Virus record (IMG/VR): IMGVR_UViG_3300026484_000003 | Coordinates: 1 to 60,371 of that record | DNA from: a virus | Taxonomy: Duplodnaviria; Caudoviricetes | Reading direction: 5' to 3' (one strand) | DNA length: 60,371 bases | Shown: in pieces, positions 35,210 to 45,699 of the stretch | How the letters are laid out: every line of letters begins with the position of its first letter | How positions within the stretch are numbered: the first letter of the stretch is position 1 | Notes under the pieces: generated by a model | What the model was told of the DNA's origin: nothing | Database searches by the model: none | The model's input: the letters and a program-made list of their open reading frames with translations, nothing else | Translations under genes and position numbers: made by a program

Positions 35210-35276
35210 TATGCAATAATAGCCTCTATTTCTGACGCATTATTTTTTGCTCCTTTTTTTATTATATTTTATTTAT

Positions 35277-35660
35277 CTACTCATATACTGGTAGTTCAGC
35301 TAACACTTCATCAATAGTTGGCATATCTCTATTGCCCCTCTGTATATCAACTTCAATCCGACCAGCTTTTACCCAACAATTAGAAGCCCAAACAGCTAGT
35401 TTTTGAGCCTCCTCTTGAAACGGATTTTCATAACCTGCATAACTTCTCGCACTCATCATATTGTCGTAACGAAACTTTTTAGCTTTAGAGTCTAAGTGTG
35501 TTTGAATTGCATTGTTAAAAGCTTTTCGCTTCTCTTTTAAACTTTCATTAGCTTCTAACTCTTCAATATTAAAACCTTTTTTTAAAAGTAAATCTTTATC
35601 CTTTACAGTATCAACATTGTAAAGAACACCCGTTTTTGTTATCAATGATTTAATCAACAT
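35277..35660 (-). CDS. Tail-fibre assembly/chaperone-like protein
   Basis: IQTHLDSKAK..RYDNMMSARSYA...EAQKLAVWASNCW...PTIDEVLAELP; follows the fibre gene. Confidence 0.75.
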   Translation of the reverse strand: MLIKSLITKTGVLYNVDTVKDKDLLLKKGFNIEELEANESLKEKRKAFNNAIQTHLDSKAKKFRYDNMMSARSYAGYENPFQEEAQKLAVWASNCWVKAGRIEVDIQRGNRDMPTIDEVLAELPVYE

Positions 35661-35670
35661 TTGCTATCTC

Positions 35671-36501
35671 CTAAAACTCTAAGTTTGATTGTAAATTTAG
35701 TGGAAGACCGTCAGCGTTTCTGTTTATTCCACTTACAAGATCAGTTAATTCTCTTGTACTATCATTGCTTTGTATTAACTCTCCGCCACTGAATGAGAAA
35801 GAACCTGCACTATTTGTCACAGATGAGATATAAAACTCCCCATTATCTTCGATATCTGCTCCATATCCAAAATGAACGCAACAGTTTTCAGGTGCGTCAC
35901 TACCAGAAGACTTAATAAAAACAGAGTGATCACGACTAAAAATGTCTTCATCATCTGCCAGTATTGGTAATACTACTCTTGAGCCATCTTTAGAATTACC
36001 GTAGAAATAAACAGTATTGGAAAATCCATTTATTGAGAATAGAAGCATTTTTTCTTCTGCATCTGCACTTCCATACTTAACAGTTTTTAAAGAAAATCCA
36101 TTTAACGAAAATTGAATAACTCTGTTATATGAATATACATTCGCTGAAAAATTACAATCGCTCAATAGAACTATTTGGATTTTTCCACCGTGAGGAACTT
36201 TGCTAACAGCAAGATGAATATCTTTGAGTGGATTGGATGAAGAGCCACTATTAGTATTGTCTCCATTCACCTCGTCTACATAAACTGTTTTGTGCATCTC
36301 TCCGCGTATAGTTGCTCTGATATCTGCTGTCATCTTCGCAATGTTTGAAAATGTCTTCACACTCTCACTACCATCTGCATTGATATAAGTGATACTTACA
36401 TTTTTTGCACCATCTACGGCAAACTCTTTTAAAAAAGAGGTGATTGCCCATATGTTCGTTAGCAAACGATTGATATTTGCATTGATACTATTTAAGTCCA
36501 T
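35671..36501 (-). CDS. Tail fibre/receptor-binding protein
   Basis: TVYVDEVNGDNTNSG...PLKDIHLAV resembles a beta-helix cap; lies between the collar and chaperone genes. Confidence 0.7.
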   Translation of the reverse strand: MDLNSINANINRLLTNIWAITSFLKEFAVDGAKNVSITYINADGSESVKTFSNIAKMTADIRATIRGEMHKTVYVDEVNGDNTNSGSSSNPLKDIHLAVSKVPHGGKIQIVLLSDCNFSANVYSYNRVIQFSLNGFSLKTVKYGSADAEEKMLLFSINGFSNTVYFYGNSKDGSRVVLPILADDEDIFSRDHSVFIKSSGSDAPENCCVHFGYGADIEDNGEFYISSVTNSAGSFSFSGGELIQSNDSTRELTDLVSGINRNADGLPLNLQSNLEF

Positions 36502-37019
36502 TAACTTACTCCTTGTAGTTTTATGCCCTCTATTTTGAGAGTGTTTTTTGTAATTTGATTGCCATGTACGGCGATTGTGTTAAGAAGAGACAAATCCTGC
36601 TCCGTCTCATCAAAAGGCAAATATACAAAATCAAGTGCTTGCGTCATATCCTCGTATGATAATTGTATTTTTGCAATTTGTCGTTGAAGTGCCTCTATCG
36701 GGTATCTCGGATTTGCAACTGCAAATAGTGTTCCGTCCTCAAGATACATTGAGACTGTTGCTACAGGGTATTCAGCATCAATAGCCTCTGTTATCATCGT
36801 GAACTCTATAGTGTCATTTGTGACGACTTGATATAGATCAATACCTTTCTCTTTCCAGTATGTTTCTATATCATCGCTTGTCATAGAGCTGTCTGCAATG
36901 TATGTTTCTTTGCTAAACCTATAAAATTTAGGCACTACCTTATCGCCACCTGCAAGTGCATTAACGAGCAGATTTTTACCAGTGCCTGTAATTACCGCCA
37001 TTCCTAATGGATTTGCCAT
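36501..37019 (-). CDS. Tail-collar/fibre-attachment protein
   Basis: AVITGTGKNLLVNA...VSMYLEDGTLFAVA (DUF3751-like). Confidence 0.7.
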   Translation of the reverse strand: MANPLGMAVITGTGKNLLVNALAGGDKVVPKFYRFSKETYIADSSMTSDDIETYWKEKGIDLYQVVTNDTIEFTMITEAIDAEYPVATVSMYLEDGTLFAVANPRYPIEALQRQIAKIQLSYEDMTQALDFVYLPFDETEQDLSLLNTIAVHGNQITKNTLKIEGIKLQGVS

Positions 37020-37029
37020 ATTGCCCCTC

Positions 37030-37649
37030 TTAGTTCGACATTGTTGCAACCGATTCAGTAACTACACCGATTGCAAATGACGCTATTTTTATTGAACTTG
37101 GATATAGATACGTGTATCTACCCTGCCTTTTGTGCAGGTCATGTAAAATGATAAACTTAAACTCTTCACTGATCTCTATGGTGTTAGAGACAATGTAATT
37201 ACATTTATTATCTGCCACAAAAGACCTTTTTATGTACTATTATAGCCGATAAAGAGAAGCCATTTTCAAGGTATTTTAAGCCATTCTTCATAGGTTATAT
37301 TTCTGTTTTCATTACCGCACTCTCCATCCATGAAGCATAATATGTTACTCGCTGTCTCACTATACTCGATATACCCAAGTGTCCTAAGATAGTAATCTAT
37401 GTTTTTTGGGTTGTAAGCTACTCTACTTCTTTGGAATGGTGCTAAATAAGATATTGTTTTGAGGTCATCGCTGTTTGTGTTATTTTTGTCAATGGTTATT
37501 CTGTTGTCTGCAAAAAATGGGCATGAAGCATCAACAATTTCTGTTGATAGATATGGTGCTATATGGTAGTACACATCAATATCAATGAAATGTTTTATTG
37601 TTTCTTCTATTGCCCCAGATATTGCGTCAAGTACAATATTATTCTTCAT
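37030..37649 (-). CDS. Baseplate protein region, present as two ORFs (37266-37649 and 37030-37218), possibly one disrupted gene
   Basis: Lies between the wedge and collar genes. Two 1-nt deletions would join the frames. Confidence 0.4.
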
Positions 37650-37650
37650 G

Positions 37651-38991
37651 CTATGTGTCTCTCTCATTAATGTCTATGTTAACATCATTTATTCCAATGT
37701 GGTAAAAAATTGCATTTTCAAAAAAGTTACTTTTGTCACTCATTCCAATATCCACATCTATATCGTTATCTTTAAGCGTTTCAACGATCACCTTGTAAAT
37801 ATTTGCTTTTGTTAGGCGTTTCTCTACATCATCGTAATGCCCGCTAATTTTCTGCTTGATTTCATTCTGCTTCACAAGTGGGATTGATTTTTTTGAGTTG
37901 TTTGTTATATTTATTTCTACCGTAATTGGGAAAATTGAGGGGTCTCTAAAAATTATGTATTTCCCATATACTGCGTTGGAGACTTTATTGTATATCTCAT
38001 CGTTTAGATCACTCCCCTCTTCAACCGGTATGTATGAGCAGAACACCTTGTTGATGTTACAGGCAAGCGATCCATTCTCTCTGTCCTCATCCTCCTGTTG
38101 CCATACCTTGATAAGATCAATGCCTCTTATGTTTGCACGGATAAAACTCTTATAATCCTCATTATAAACCAAAGAGTTGTTAATGTTTTTGTTGAACTTC
38201 AAAATTCTCTGCATCTCCTGAATAGATAGATATGTTTCGTAATTTTCAGCTTTTGTGATCTCTGTGCATATCACATCTGCGATACCAATTATTGCCATTG
38301 ATGTAGGCACTGTATCGGTAGGTTCTGTTTCCATCACATCAATAGAAATTGTATCTCCAAGCAATGCGTTTTTACCGTGAACATTGTTGGTTCTAATTAC
38401 CATGATTAAATTTCCAAAAATATCAACTTCCATTGAAACATCACTGCTTTCCGTAATGAACGCCTGTGAGTATTCGAGTTCATCATCTCCACGCTTTGCA
38501 TTGATACCATAAATTCGTCTGTATGTCGTTCCCAAATTTACCTTATGGTACATTACATCATTTTCTACTACTGTGTTTATTGTGCGTATTGTTCCTCTTG
38601 TGAGTTCGATTGCCTGCTCAATGCCATGCACAAGACTTACTGACTCATTTAATAGATAGATATTGATACCATCTGTAAATCTTTGGTTTTTCTCAATTAC
38701 AATATCGTTGTTGCTTTTTATCTTTGCGTTCACGATTAGCGGTTTTTGAAATTTCAGGTATCCTATTTCATACATGAGTTTTGCCAAAAGTGCGGTTTCA
38801 CTGTTTGGATCGTAAAATTCGGTAAAGCTGTTTGAAATTCTCTTGACTGCCTCATCTACTTTAAAGCCCAATTCATTTGAAAGTGCAATAATCCCAAGAT
38901 CATTTTGGTACTTTGTAAGTCGTGGATCACTTTTTACCAAATTCATAAAGTAATCTGTTACATCTTGCCTATTTATATCACCATTAAACAT
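37651..38991 (-). CDS. Baseplate wedge protein (P1 BplA/J-like)
   Basis: Follows the gp25-like gene; SLVYNEDY..FIR...IKVW...ED...NINKVFCS pattern. Confidence 0.7.
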   Translation of the reverse strand: MFNGDINRQDVTDYFMNLVKSDPRLTKYQNDLGIIALSNELGFKVDEAVKRISNSFTEFYDPNSETALLAKLMYEIGYLKFQKPLIVNAKIKSNNDIVIEKNQRFTDGINIYLLNESVSLVHGIEQAIELTRGTIRTINTVVENDVMYHKVNLGTTYRRIYGINAKRGDDELEYSQAFITESSDVSMEVDIFGNLIMVIRTNNVHGKNALLGDTISIDVMETEPTDTVPTSMAIIGIADVICTEITKAENYETYLSIQEMQRILKFNKNINNSLVYNEDYKSFIRANIRGIDLIKVWQQEDEDRENGSLACNINKVFCSYIPVEEGSDLNDEIYNKVSNAVYGKYIIFRDPSIFPITVEINITNNSKKSIPLVKQNEIKQKISGHYDDVEKRLTKANIYKVIVETLKDNDIDVDIGMSDKSNFFENAIFYHIGINDVNIDINERDT

Positions 38992-39277
38992 CTCTATATT
39001 CTCCTATTGATATGCTATTACTTGATACGATAACCACATAAGAAACACTGCTGTCGTCTGCATCAACATGTAAAGAAACATGCTGTATTGTTTCGGCTAC
39101 ACTATCTCCTAAATCTCTGCGTATTGAATCAACAATAACCCCAAGTTTGTGTTGTGCATGTTGATTGTTTAAGAACAGTAGTTCATGGATCGAGTTCCCA
39201 TAATTAGGATAGCCGTAATAACTTCCTTTTGGTGTATCAAGCCAATGTTGTATTGGGTTCTTGCTTACTACGCTCAT
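38984..39277 (-). CDS. gp25-like baseplate/sheath-initiator protein
   Basis: IQHWLDTPKGSYYGYPNYGN..ELLF. Confidence 0.75.
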   Translation of the reverse strand: MSVVSKNPIQHWLDTPKGSYYGYPNYGNSIHELLFLNNQHAQHKLGVIVDSIRRDLGDSVAETIQHVSLHVDADDSSVSYVVIVSSNSISIGEYRDV

Positions 39278-41571
39278 ATTAGCCCCTCAATATTCTGCTG
39301 TGTTGATTTGTTTTGGATATTCACCTGTATCACCGTTTCCGCTTTGGTTGTTTTGGTTGCATTTTTTGTTATTTTTGATACCTCTTTTGCCACCATTGCC
39401 TGACCCTCTTTTACTGCCTGTGCGATTGGTGTTATATCTATTGTGGCAGTTGCGGTTGCGGTGGTGCCATTATCTTTTCTGTTTGCTTTTGTGTCTTGTG
39501 CCTGTCTTTTTGCTTCTGTCATATATTGCGTTGGCTTTTTTGCTTTTGCCGTTGTTGCAACTTTTGATTTTTGAATAATATCTATACTTTTAGATGTTGG
39601 TTCAGCACTTGCAATTCTTATTGAGTTGTCAACAGCTCTAAGCCCAACATCTTTGGCGTATTGGCTATTAAGCATACCCTTACTTGCTTCCTTGTATTTC
39701 CCTGCCTTTATAAGAGATAGTGTTTTCTTAAATCCAGAAAGACCGCCATGCTTCCCATCCCCGACACCCATATTGTATGCCATATCTTCAAGTGCTTCTC
39801 TTACTTGCTGTGGCTGATCTTTTACCCATCCGAAAGTATTATAAAGTTTTTTATTGTGCTTTGCTTTATCCGTAGCATAAAGTTTTTTTGCATCTTCCTT
39901 GCTTATCCCGTTCTTATACTTTCCTGATTTTATTTCCTGCTTTGTAAGTTTGTGTCCGTACCCGATAGTAGAGTACCCTTTGGAGTCCTTGTAAACATGA
40001 TCTCTAAACCCCTCATACTCCATTGTTGATGTTTTCCACAATTTGTTTCCAATATCAACATATTTGCTTGATCTTTCATTACCTATTGCTGGTTCTTCTC
40101 TGGTGCTGCCTACTGTCTCATTGTCCTTGATCTCTTTGAGCTGTTTCTCTGCCTCCCTGACTATCTCTGTCGTTGTCTGCAATAGCTTTTCGTGCTGTGC
40201 GAGCAGTGCTTTTTTCTTTTTAAGCTCCTCCTCAAATGCCTTATCTGAAGAGTAAAGTGCTTTTCGTTTTATGATAGAGGAAAAATCACCATTGTCGTAG
40301 CCCTTTTTATGCTCTTCCATAGCCCTCACTTCTTCTCTCTCTTTTTGTATTCGCTGTTCGATCTCTTCTCTTTTGCGTTTCTTTTCACTAACAACTATCT
40401 CTTGGTTATACTTTTTGCTTATTGCTTTTTTTGCTACTTTTGCGTATGGAGAGTTTTTTACAAACTTCTCATCTTTAAGCAAGTCCGGTGCTAACTCCTG
40501 CATTTTTTCATAGGCTTTGTCTCTCTCCTCTTTTGTGTGGAAACTTACAACTCCATACCTGTCGTATGTGCCTACAGTGTCTTGTGCTTCGATAAACTCT
40601 TTCTCTTTGTCTGTTTTTTTACGCCCTGCATCAAGTAGAACTTTCATTGCATTTTCAAGGTATGTTGTGGCTTTGCCTAATGCTCCATCAACTGCATCAA
40701 GTGTGCCATTTAGTGCTTTTCCGAATGTAGGATAGTTGTCCTCTATGTTTGCAAGTGTATTTTTAACCCCACTTCTGGCTTCCTGCGTCCAAGCATCAAT
40801 TTTGGATGGATCAAGATCAGCACCAAGCAAATTCAGGAATTTAACTACTCCATGCCCTGCCCCGTTTATAGTGGCGTGTAGCTTATCAGAAATTCCCACC
40901 TCATCAACATCAACACCTTGACTATCTGCTATTTTTTGTATTTCTGCACCATACCCGTCAAATACGCTATAGATCATTCCGGCAATCCCAAGCCGTTTAA
41001 GTAATCCTTTGATACCACCTTTGAATAAAAAGCTACTTATTGCACCGTGACGGCTACCAACCCCCGTTAGTAGCCCACTCTTTGAAGGTGTGTCGCCCTT
41101 CTTAATCTCTTTTAGTATCTCATCGAGTGTGTCACTCTGCTTGTCTTGTACTTCCAGATCACTGAAGTATGCCTCTTCTGCTTCCTTCTGCTTCTTTTTG
41201 TCTCTATATTTGCCTATTGCACTCTTTAGCCCACCAATCATGCGTAATGGTGTTGCGATTGCCGTACCAAGTTCCGATATTGCCCTGAAAAGTTCTCCCC
41301 CTACAATAGTTCCTGTTGTCTCTATTGCATTGTATGGTATCTGGTAGTTGCTGTATTGTTTTGGACTTGCATTTTTCCCATGATTTTTTTGTAACGGTAT
41401 TGATGTTTTTGCTGATCTTCTGCTTTTGACTCCATTTTCAGGTGCTTTTATATTGTTGTTTATGACAATATTCTGCTCTTTTTTATCTGCACGGCTGTTG
41501 TCTTTTGATGTCATGCCAAGTATGACTTTTGTTATCAGAAAACCGGTTTGCCTGTCAAACTCAAACTTCAT
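39274..41571 (-). CDS. Tape-measure-like protein with a C-terminal GH24 lysozyme domain
   Basis: Helical/coiled body; YEGFRDHVYKDSKGYSTIGYGHKL...MAYNMG...EASKGMLNSQYA at about 39610-40025. Confidence 0.8.
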   Translation of the reverse strand: MKFEFDRQTGFLITKVILGMTSKDNSRADKKEQNIVINNNIKAPENGVKSRRSAKTSIPLQKNHGKNASPKQYSNYQIPYNAIETTGTIVGGELFRAISELGTAIATPLRMIGGLKSAIGKYRDKKKQKEAEEAYFSDLEVQDKQSDTLDEILKEIKKGDTPSKSGLLTGVGSRHGAISSFLFKGGIKGLLKRLGIAGMIYSVFDGYGAEIQKIADSQGVDVDEVGISDKLHATINGAGHGVVKFLNLLGADLDPSKIDAWTQEARSGVKNTLANIEDNYPTFGKALNGTLDAVDGALGKATTYLENAMKVLLDAGRKKTDKEKEFIEAQDTVGTYDRYGVVSFHTKEERDKAYEKMQELAPDLLKDEKFVKNSPYAKVAKKAISKKYNQEIVVSEKKRKREEIEQRIQKEREEVRAMEEHKKGYDNGDFSSIIKRKALYSSDKAFEEELKKKKALLAQHEKLLQTTTEIVREAEKQLKEIKDNETVGSTREEPAIGNERSSKYVDIGNKLWKTSTMEYEGFRDHVYKDSKGYSTIGYGHKLTKQEIKSGKYKNGISKEDAKKLYATDKAKHNKKLYNTFGWVKDQPQQVREALEDMAYNMGVGDGKHGGLSGFKKTLSLIKAGKYKEASKGMLNSQYAKDVGLRAVDNSIRIASAEPTSKSIDIIQKSKVATTAKAKKPTQYMTEAKRQAQDTKANRKDNGTTATATATIDITPIAQAVKEGQAMVAKEVSKITKNATKTTKAETVIQVNIQNKSTQQNIEGLI

Positions 41572-41582
41572 TACCGTATGCC

Positions 41583-42635
41583 TTAATATTTAAACTCGAA
41601 CATATCAACCGTTGGATCGTCACGGCGTGTTTTTTTAGGTTTCCTGATGCTGTCAAGCACTGCTTCATCGAAACTGTATTGATCTCTATTCCCAACCGAT
41701 AGCAAACTGCCAAATGATGCACTATCCAAAACAATTTCATCATTCTCGATTTTAAGTCCTGCTGTTTCTATTGCATCGCTTAAAACCTTTAGCCTTTCAG
41801 CCTTCTCATTAAGAATATTGATCTTGCTATTTAGAGGTTCTACGCTGTCGAGTACCGCATCTTCAACTTCCTTTTTGTTTTGCTTCTTGAGCGTTTCTAT
41901 TTTTTCTTTCTGCCCTTTGATCGTGATATTGCAGTTATCTATTGTGATCTTCTGCTCATCTATCTTCTCTTCAAGTGTTGCTATGGTGTCCTGCATTGCT
42001 TTTATTTTGCTTTTGAACTCCAATGCCTGTGATACATTGTCTTGATGTACCAAAAGGTCTTTGGCTTCATCATACAGATCATCGTGTGTTCCGATAGCGT
42101 CAACAACCGCATCGTGAATGGCTGTATCGAGCTGACATGACCCATCACTGCAAATCGAGTCCATCACTACACGGTTTCCGTTGAAGTTCGGAGAAAGGAC
42201 AAAATCACTTCCGTAAAATATACCTTTGTTCACATCCCACACAAAAGAAAAACCACCAATCCCGTTTTCAATCATCTTGATAACGCTTTTTGTTTTGTTC
42301 CCTACTGTTTCTACAAGTAGTGCTTCGTATGAAACAATCTTGTCCTTGATTGAGAGTTTCGTAACCTTTCCGATAGGCTCTTGCTCCTCCCCAGTATTAT
42401 GGTTCCGCTCATTTGCCAAATACCCCTGTTCCTTGTGTCTTGCACCGTGTCCGTAGAAAGTCATTGCATACCCGTCTCTGATAGCCTTCTGGACTTCTTT
42501 TGCCCGGATAAGTTTCTGCACTTTTGCAAGGTTGTAGTTACGCGGCATACCGAAATTGTGACCGTGTTCGGTGACATCAAAACTTATAGATACTTTATGC
42601 GTTCCATTTCCTAAATCTTCGATTGTATTCTTCAT
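41583..42635 (-). CDS. Prohead protease with a C-terminal scaffold-like coiled coil (P1 Pro-like)
   Basis: FYGHGAR, IGGFSF, FYGSDFVLSPNFNGNR; directly after the portal gene. Confidence 0.8.
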   Translation of the reverse strand: MKNTIEDLGNGTHKVSISFDVTEHGHNFGMPRNYNLAKVQKLIRAKEVQKAIRDGYAMTFYGHGARHKEQGYLANERNHNTGEEQEPIGKVTKLSIKDKIVSYEALLVETVGNKTKSVIKMIENGIGGFSFVWDVNKGIFYGSDFVLSPNFNGNRVVMDSICSDGSCQLDTAIHDAVVDAIGTHDDLYDEAKDLLVHQDNVSQALEFKSKIKAMQDTIATLEEKIDEQKITIDNCNITIKGQKEKIETLKKQNKKEVEDAVLDSVEPLNSKINILNEKAERLKVLSDAIETAGLKIENDEIVLDSASFGSLLSVGNRDQYSFDEAVLDSIRKPKKTRRDDPTVDMFEFKY

Positions 42636-42636
42636 G

Positions 42637-44277
42637 TTAAATCTCTTCTTCCTGTGGTTCTTCTTCCTGTGGTTCTTCTTCCTGTGGTTCTTCTTCCTGT
42701 GGTTCTTCTGGCTTTGTTAAAATGTGGCTTATCATTGCTTCAAGCATTTCCTCTTTGTCTTTTGATGTGTTTGAGATAGTATCTTTCAGCAGTTCCGTGA
42801 GCATTATTCTTGTTTCTGGCGTGTCTTGATACTGTGAAGCTTTCAACTGGTCTATAGTCCCGCCAATTTGCTGTACATTGCTTATTGCCTCCATTCTTTG
42901 TGTCTCTGCATCAATTTTCGCTTTATTGATCGTTGAAGTGAAGTCAATATTTAGAAAGTTTGTATCAATATCCATGTTGTATTTGGATAGAAAATGTATT
43001 TTTGCAATATGTTCGATATAACCCTTTATAGCTTTCCTGATCTGCTCTCCCTGTGTATCCATTTGAAGGGAATTTTGTACCGAACCGTCCTTCTCTCCGC
43101 CTCCAAGCATTGAGTCGCTGAATGGAGTTAATTCGATATTGAAACCAATGTCTCCAATATACCTTTTGATGTGAAACATAATATCATCTATCTGTTGGTT
43201 AAACTGCGGTGTGCTTTCTTGAATCTGAACAGAGTTTGTGTTTTCAGATGTGGTTGGTATGATGTGGTTTGCCACCATCACCGATGGATCTTTTTCATCA
43301 ACCCTCTTCTTGACAGCATCCCTCACGGCTTTAATTTTGTTTTCGAGTGCCATTCTTAGCAATTTACGCTCTGACTCACTGGTTGAATCAAGTGTGTGTG
43401 TGATGAACCTTTCGATCATTGAACTTGAAATTCTCATGTTTGAGAGGGCGTTTACCGCCCATTTGTAGTTATGGAAACTATCCAAGCACCCCTCAACAAC
43501 ACCACCATATACAAAATCCTCATACGGTGTCTCCTTATCGCTAAATGCGTTCATGTTCTCAACTGTCATTATGTGTTCTGTTTGAATATCCATGATACCG
43601 TTGGATTGTGCGTTCATTCTTGCAACTCTCATAGGCGGAACATACTGCCTTCCGGTAGATGAGAACTTTCGCTTGCTTGATAATAGGTTTGTATTTGCAC
43701 TTACTTCATAGGCTATTGTATTGTCCTGATTTGTTACAAATGGCGTAATATTGAACGGTTTGGTAGAGAAGTTATAGACAAGACCGGTTACGCCAACCCC
43801 TTCTCCATGCTGAATAGCAGTAAATCCGTCTCCATAAAACTGACTATCCATAATGACCGGAAACAGTGTTTTTGATATAACCCTCTCTATGTGTTCAAGA
43901 TCATCATTAAGTACGGCTTTCACCTTGTCGTTAACGCCGGCTTTTTTACTTATTGATAGTTGAAAAGGCATAATATCGCCATGTGTTACACCTATGGCTC
44001 TTGCGATAATCACTTTTACCATTTCACGCGTAAATGAGTCGCTATACATTTCATGTCGTTTAAGATACTCAACATCCCTTGTAACCGAATCAAAGGTTTT
44101 TTGTGATATAGCACCAAATAGAAGGTTTCTGGGGACTGATGCCTGTATGAGTTCATGTGTTAGGTCTTGAATTGCCTTCTCATCATTTACAGAACCTTCG
44201 TCTATATTGTTCTCGGTATCTGCTTTTTTACCAAAAATACCAAAATTCAACCATTTGTTTTTTGCCATATTTAGCAC
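42637..44277 (-). CDS. Portal protein (P1 Prt-like)
   Basis: 546 aa; FYGDGF motif; DSMLGGGEKDG; precedes the protease gene. Confidence 0.75.
   Translation of the reverse strand: MLNMAKNKWLNFGIFGKKADTENNIDEGSVNDEKAIQDLTHELIQASVPRNLLFGAISQKTFDSVTRDVEYLKRHEMYSDSFTREMVKVIIARAIGVTHGDIMPFQLSISKKAGVNDKVKAVLNDDLEHIERVISKTLFPVIMDSQFYGDGFTAIQHGEGVGVTGLVYNFSTKPFNITPFVTNQDNTIAYEVSANTNLLSSKRKFSSTGRQYVPPMRVARMNAQSNGIMDIQTEHIMTVENMNAFSDKETPYEDFVYGGVVEGCLDSFHNYKWAVNALSNMRISSSMIERFITHTLDSTSESERKLLRMALENKIKAVRDAVKKRVDEKDPSVMVANHIIPTTSENTNSVQIQESTPQFNQQIDDIMFHIKRYIGDIGFNIELTPFSDSMLGGGEKDGSVQNSLQMDTQGEQIRKAIKGYIEHIAKIHFLSKYNMDIDTNFLNIDFTSTINKAKIDAETQRMEAISNVQQIGGTIDQLKASQYQDTPETRIMLTELLKDTISNTSKDKEEMLEAMISHILTKPEEPQEEEPQEEEPQEEEPQEEEI
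42646..42705. repeat. 4 x 15-bp perfect tandem repeat encoding EPQEE in the portal C-terminus
   Basis: (TTCTTCCTGTGGTTC) x4. Confidence 0.97.
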
Positions 44278-44738
44278 CTTACCAATCTGTATCTATAAAT
44301 GTCGCTTAACGGTCTCTTTTTCATAATGCTCTCTACCCTCATGCTGATATTGTCGAAATTTTCAAAAGAGATGATGCTTGATTTTGGAACTATCCCGCCC
44401 TCAATAAAACAATACAATTCATTCATGTTTGAACTGTCACTATCATTGAAGTATTCCTCAACCATGATGTCAAAAGACACATTGAGAAACTGGAACTGTT
44501 CATTAGCAATAATAAGCTTTGCTTTGTACTCATTATCATACTCCATGATCGAACCATCTTCATAACCAACTGTGCCTATCTCAATGTTGAATGGATCAAG
44601 ATCATGTGCAATAATAGCCCCGTTATCCTCAACCTTGACCGGCTTCACAATAGCGTCAATGCCTTTGGTTTCAATCCACTTATCAAGTATCTCTTTCTCT
44701 CTTGATTTGTGCAAGTCTATCAATTCATTTGGAAACAT
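44271..44738 (-). CDS. Probable head-closure/neck protein
   Basis: First gene of the portal operon; beta-rich. Confidence 0.4.
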   Translation of the reverse strand: MFPNELIDLHKSREKEILDKWIETKGIDAIVKPVKVEDNGAIIAHDLDPFNIEIGTVGYEDGSIMEYDNEYKAKLIIANEQFQFLNVSFDIMVEEYFNDSDSSNMNELYCFIEGGIVPKSSIISFENFDNISMRVESIMKKRPLSDIYRYRLVRC

Positions 44739-44757
44739 CTATCAACTTTTTATTTAA

Positions 44758-44788
44758 AGTATATCAGTTTAAAAAGAGTAAAATTCAA
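44758..44788 (-). promoter_or_regulatory. Putative late promoter TTGAAT-N19-TATACT (portal operon)
   Basis: Shared architecture with the other late promoters. Confidence 0.65.
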
Positions 44789-44934
44789 GGAATATTTCTA
44801 TGCAGTCAATAATTGTTTGAGGTTTTTTAAAAGGACTGCATAAAAACATATGAAAGGGGCAGAAACGCTGTGCAACCGTTACCGGTGTATTGAAATTATA
44901 ACCTCTTTTTGTAGGTGATTTTAAAGAAGTTGAT

Positions 44935-45663
44935 CTATCTACCCGCACCAAACGACTTACCTGCAATTCTAACCTTATCTTTTGCACTAAGTCTTGTTCC
45001 CTTTTGAAGTCTTTTGTTTTCAATGTATCTTCCAAAGGTGATTTGAAAGCCACCGGACTGAATGGAGGTCATTACTTTAATCATGTGCTTACAACACATA
45101 CCTTCAAGGTTTTTGTTTCGGATAGATGGGAAGCGGTGTTCTTGTAGCCCTAAGCTTGATTTTGCAGTAGTCCATAAATACCGATACCAGTAAGTATGTC
45201 TCCCGCATGAACATTGTGCCTTGATCGGTGTATTTGTAAAAATCTCCTGTATCGGTCTGTCAAGATTTGCTTTGTCGAGTTGCCACATGATCTCTACTTG
45301 ATGATGTGTCTCTGGGTATAGCCCAGATGATTTAACGGTGAATTTGAATACATCTTTTTGCAGTGTCTTGATATAAAATGCCCTAAGTTGTGTTCTGGCA
45401 CGATTAATGTCAACCTTTAGTGATTTATCAAGTGCATTTTTAACCGTGATGCCTTTTGAGTAATATTCAAGATAGTGTTTTATGGCTCTCCCGTTCTCTC
45501 TAACCGTCAAAGCCTTTCTTTTTGTCTCTGTTTGCTTGTCAAGTTTTTTAAGTTGGGTGTTCTGTAACCTGTGCTTTAGAATTGGGTTGCTTCTTGATAC
45601 CGGTTTTGTTTTAATTGATGCTCTACCTATACGGCTGACTTGTTTTACTTTCATGCTACTCAT
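44935..45663 (-). CDS. SWIM-like zinc-finger morphogenesis protein (P1 gp7-like)
   Basis: CSCGRHTYWYRYLWT...FPSIRNKNLEGMCCKH. Confidence 0.75.
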   Translation of the reverse strand: MSSMKVKQVSRIGRASIKTKPVSRSNPILKHRLQNTQLKKLDKQTETKRKALTVRENGRAIKHYLEYYSKGITVKNALDKSLKVDINRARTQLRAFYIKTLQKDVFKFTVKSSGLYPETHHQVEIMWQLDKANLDRPIQEIFTNTPIKAQCSCGRHTYWYRYLWTTAKSSLGLQEHRFPSIRNKNLEGMCCKHMIKVMTSIQSGGFQITFGRYIENKRLQKGTRLSAKDKVRIAGKSFGAGR

Positions 45664-45668
45664 ATTGT

Positions 45669-45699
45669 ATGGTATCTAAAAGGAAGTGGTGTTTTTAAA
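45669..45699 (-). promoter_or_regulatory. Putative late promoter TTTAAA-N19-TACCAT, probably leaderless
   Basis: Only 5 nt separate the -10 box from ATG 45663, and there is no SD sequence. Confidence 0.5.

Noticed and set aside
35277-37019. Invertible tail-fibre cassette (P1 Cin) or diversity-generating retroelement
   Set aside because: No invertase, reverse transcriptase, inverted fibre copy or template repeat was seen.
42646-42705. Tandem repeat as CRISPR or iterons
   Set aside because: No spacers; it is an in-frame coding repeat.
44769-45053. 94-aa minus-strand ORF
   Set aside because: It overlaps the gp7-like gene and the late promoter of the portal operon, and has no clear RBS.
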